From Lingula anatina (lineage: Eukaryota; Animalia; Brachiopoda), in assembly GCA_051362555.1 (NCBI GenBank), contig CM120640.1:20522001-20586000 (forward strand): a DNA stretch of 64,000 nucleotides, written 5' to 3'. Under the pieces are notes generated by a model. It worked only from the letters and a program-made list of their open reading frames with translations. It ran no database searches and was not told the origin of the DNA. This document shows positions 61,201 through 64,000 of this stretch, piece after piece; position 1 is the stretch's first letter; each line of letters opens with the position of its first letter. Position numbers and translations under genes: made by a program.

Positions 61201-64000
61201 ATATGCACTTTCTTTCACGAACTTTGAATAACTTTATTTATCATATGAGAAAAGTTGCTTTCAAATTTTCATATACTTTTTTATCATCTTGGTGTGATTC
61301 ACTTAGTTAATCTTAAGTTAAATCACTAAATTAGTAGCACTTTTGCCAAAGTTCTTGTTGATATTATTATTTCTTATTGTCAAAAGGTCATGAAATTGAA
61401 AGGAAGTACCTTTAGTACACCCTGTATGTTTGGGAATTTTGTTTTGAAAAATTGTATAAATTTAATACTTATTCCAAACACCACAATTATGACAAGTTCA
61501 AAATGCCTTCATTTTCACCTAATCCAAGAAAGCAGACACATATAAACAAGAAAAAAGTGAATTAGAATAAACTGATTAATGAAATTGACCTGCACTCCTT
61601 GTTACAAAGAACCTCCAAGCAAACTTAAACTGTATCAGTTATATATTAGGGCAGTCATTGGCTTTCCGAATACATGTTCAGATGGAATCCATATTAATTG
61701 GCATTCATGGGCAACAGCAGATAGGCACAGGTGATAGCTACAACTTGCAAGTATGTAAGCAGCCTATACCTGTATTACAAGTTGGGAAATAACCCAGTGA
61801 TCATGCAGCTACATGCATCTCCAATACACAAACATCATTTTGGCTACTTCCAGATATCAAGCCATAGATCCTGGGCTGGTAGTGCATCCTGTCCAAGAAA
61901 TAAGACAAAAAGTTACGTACCCTCATATCTGTTAGAGTCACTATTATTTCAGGATATTGGGCTCTCATTGCAGCATTTCCAGCAAAAGTTCAATGGAACA
62001 AATCTCTTACCTGGATCTAGGACACATGCCTCATAGACAGTCATTAGCAACACAAAGGAGCAAGCTTCTAGAATTTGAATCAATGTGCTCAATTTGTTTT
62101 GTCCAATTTCAGGTCCCCCATATACTGTTTATAAAGCATATAGTGCACGGGATGGTCCTTTTGCTGCTGGCATGTTTTTGTCAATTGGTATGTTTCTTGT
62201 CAAATATTCTGACAAGATAATGCATGGTCTTGCTGTCTTCCCAATTCTCTTTGGCTGGTCCTTATGCAATTGCAATGGCAAAGAAATATCACTGACTCAA
62301 AGTGGGCATCCACATAACAATGCTAATACCACACTGTATAATAGTGGATATAGCTATTTGCAATGTTAGCACTGGCCGCACACACCAAATGCCTGTGAAG
62401 TTGCCCAAAGCTGGGCTTGTAGGCCTAATTCTTTTAAAGTTTGTTCAGTAACTGGCCAGTGTCTACTTATGGCCATTTGATTCCTTGACTCTGATGTCCC
62501 CAAGGGCACAGACTGATAAAGACTTGCCTGGATCAAAGGACAACACCTATACTGTACTTATATAGAGAAAGGACTGCTGTTTGTCCTGGTACAACTAGTG
62601 TCAGATCTTGATTGCAACCAAGATTTCCACATGTGTAAAATGGAAATCAAAAAGCATGGTGCCTTCAAATTTTGAATTGGTTCTTGGTTATTACCTACTG
62701 GAGTCAATTACATACAGATTATGAAGGTTTCAAGGATGAATTAAAGCAATGCAAGAACATTACTGAATGCAGTAAAGCCATGTCTTTGAAGGAGCAAGTT
62801 GAATTCATCCTTTGGACAAGTGCTTTTTTAACTAAAATTTCTCTTCTCTCCCTAACCTATATACCTGTTATCCCTTGACAAATTACTTTAATTTTGCATG
62901 AATGCTTTCCAAATAAAAAGTTTAAGCTTTACTAACATTTAGTTGCCAATGTTGGCCCTGCCTGCAGAAATTGCTACTATGTTGGCCCTGCCTGCAGAAA
63001 TTGCTACTATGTTGGCCCTGCCTGCAGAGGAAAAAATGGCTTGTTTTACCTCTGCCCAGGGAGTTCGCTAGTGTGTCTTCAGGAAAATAACAACTAACAT
63101 GCATGTTTATAGGGCCAGCAAGCATTTCCTCTGGTACTAGCCCTTTGCGATCCCCACTATATGAAGGAATGTTTTTGTCAGATGGTATGTAAAGAATAAT
63201 ATGTTTGAAATATTCTGGTGGAAGTTAAAACTAGTTACAAATAGAATTTTAAATGAAAGCTGTTCAATGTCAAACACAATTAATAAAATTTAAAGCATCA
63301 TTGGCATCTTCAACTATGTTTGACAGCCAGCTAAGACTATTCAGACATTTATATTAAATAAATTCACTTGGTAACCTTTCTCATTATCAACAAAATATAT
63401 ACAATGGGTAGAATTAACCATACAGAAGTAAATGTTTGTTTAAATGTTATTTACTAAATACTATCCCATCTCTAACATACATGTTCACTATGCTTAAATG
63501 GTCATTTCAAATTTCAGTTCAGTTTTGATTTATTTAAATATTAAGATGAACAGCTCATTCTAAATTGTGTAAGATACCATGATATCATTATCATGTTTTT
63601 CCTGTTCTTGGTTTTGTGTGAAGATTATTACACTATAGTACTGATTAATATTTCATATAATTTTTCTAACTTGAATATGTACATATATATATTACAAATA
63701 CCCACTATTTGTATCTACATGCACACCTTTACAACTACCTTTTGTCTCATTGCAGAACCAGGTTACTATGAACCTGACCAGTTTGGAGTCCGTCTAGAGA
63801 CTATAGTCATGGTGGTCAAAGCAAATACACCAGTAAGTAATTTTGGGCAAGATGCTCTAGTATAGTATCAGGAATCATCTCCCTTTTTAACACATTTAAA
63901 ATAACTGCAAACAAACATGTCAAAAAAAAAAAAAAAGAGTTGTTTACAGCACCATTTGTATTACATATTGAAATGGGCTGTTATATTTCAGAACAATTTT
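42610..64000 (+). CDS. XPNPEP1/2-like: Xaa-Pro aminopeptidase (aminopeptidase P, peptidase M24B), signal-peptide-bearing XPNPEP2-like form; 3' end outside window
   Basis: Frame-consistent exons: 42610-42652, 46394-46545, 49091-49207 (IPTEDAHQ), 49885-49948 (SEY...ISGFSGSA), 50448-50552 ([12 protein letters not shown]), 53752-53844, 54632-54781, 55072-55167 (TALDETA), 55488-55569 ([14 protein letters not shown]), 56118-56223, 56570-56773 (LKAVKNQVE), 57136-57186, 57400-57464, 57771-57920 ([17 protein letters not shown]...LLDSGGQY), 58380-58510 (DGTTDVTRT), 58826-58930 ([17 protein letters not shown]), one of three alternative exons, 63756-63832 (EPGYY...FGVRLE), 63992-end. All five metal ligands (D, D, H, E, E) are present. 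Confidence 0.95.
45404..45571. mobile_element. MITE with CAGGGGCGGAT...ATCCGCCCCTG terminal inverted repeats in aminopeptidase intron 1
   Basis: Perfect 11-bp TIRs; flanks gagat / tagat (5-bp TSD with one mismatch); internal duplicated cggaagacggtca. Confidence 0.8.
54221..54461. mobile_element. Fold-back (palindromic) MITE-like element in aminopeptidase intron
   Basis: Arms tcccatac...gatctctctccaaagggattctcactaaattg...tagatgtctg...cctactgaagctgctaa and ttagcagcttcagtagg...cagacatcta...caatttagagagaaactctttggagagggatc...gtatggga are reverse complements around a short spacer. Confidence 0.75.
55368..55417. repeat. (ATATA)n microsatellite
   Basis: About 10 pentamer units. Confidence 0.9.
60044..60127 (+). 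CDS. Aminopeptidase P alternative exon A ([28 protein letters not shown])
   Basis: cccag|GT acceptor, GATG|gtatgg donor, 84 nt, phase 1-1, joins VHE-G to E-PGYY in frame. Confidence 0.88.
61206..61400 (+). pseudogene. Decayed duplicate of the aminopeptidase intron 58533-58825 and the start of exon 58826
   Basis: cactttctttcacgaactttgaa...atgagaaaagttgctttcaaattttcat...catcttggtgtgat...ttattgtcaaaag|gtcatgaaattga matches 58533-58839 (...ttattgtcaaaag|gccgtgaaataga); reads GHEIE versus GREID and then hits a stop. Confidence 0.75.
61994..62024 (+). promoter_or_regulatory. Putative splicing selector I (antisense to exon A 3' splice site), ~90 nt upstream of exon B
   Basis: taggaca (62018-62024) pairs with tgttcta (60032-60038); cctggatc (62010-62017) with ggtccagg (60043-60050); acaaat (61998-62003) with atttgt (60055-60060). 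Function is inferred. Confidence 0.6.
62113..62187 (+). CDS. Aminopeptidase P alternative exon B ([25 protein letters not shown])
   Basis: tttcag|GT acceptor, ATTG|gtatgt donor, 75 nt, phase 1-1, same GP...MFxS boundaries as exons A and C. Confidence 0.88.
62504..62543 (+). promoter_or_regulatory. Putative splicing selector II (antisense to exon A 3' splice site), between exons B and C
   Basis: aggacaa (62537-62543) pairs with ttgttct (60031-60037); ttgcctggatc (62524-62534) with ggtccaggcag (60043-60053); gggcaca-ga-ctgat (62504-62517) with atcagtgtgccc (60066-60077). Function is inferred. Confidence 0.65.
62949..63028. repeat. 30-bp tandem repeat (atgttggccctgcctgcagaaattgctact) x2.7 upstream of alternative exon C
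   Basis: Identical units starting at 62949, 62979 and 63009. Confidence 0.95.
63113..63184 (+). CDS. Aminopeptidase P alternative exon C ([24 protein letters not shown])
   Basis: ctaac branch-point-like motif, tttatag|GG acceptor, GATG|gtatgt donor, 72 nt, phase 1-1. Confidence 0.88.

Noticed and set aside
61953-62020. Fourth alternative aminopeptidase exon after ttatttcag
   Set aside because: Reads GYWAL...TWI* with no donor and no MFxS ending; the nearby acceptor at ~61853 also hits an early stop.

Overview
Eukaryotic, AT-rich, intron-containing DNA that looks like a marine invertebrate (lineage inferred only from gene style and abundant TACATGTA/GTAGGCCTAC motifs). Four genes can be built by hand from splice sites and reading frames: (1) a + strand adhesion GPCR of ~24 exons (6972-~22875) with an unusual LRR + Ly6/uPAR three-finger + SEA-like + HormR + GAIN/GPS + 7TM architecture; (2,3) two paralogous - strand C2H2 zinc-finger genes (25135-27405, one intron; 35096-37348, intronless CDS) that share a ~70-80 aa N-terminal domain I cannot assign to a known family; (4) a + strand secreted-type Xaa-Pro aminopeptidase (aminopeptidase P, M24B) starting at 42610 and running off the window. 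The main observation is in the aminopeptidase. The active-site segment between the VHE motif and the metal-ligand Glu of EPG is encoded by three homologous phase-1 exons in tandem (60044-60127, 62113-62187, 63113-63184), which look mutually exclusive. Two intronic elements (61994-62024 and 62504-62543) are each complementary to the same target, the 3' splice site and 5' half of the first alternative exon, as in a docking-site/selector competing-RNA-pairing system. A 30-bp tandem repeat can also pair across the acceptor of the third exon. Other content: a 2.6-kb non-autonomous long-TIR DNA transposon (Academ-like), MITEs, a LINE fragment, a 34-35 bp minisatellite and several structured intronic elements. 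All gene models, alignments and pairings were read by eye, not computed.
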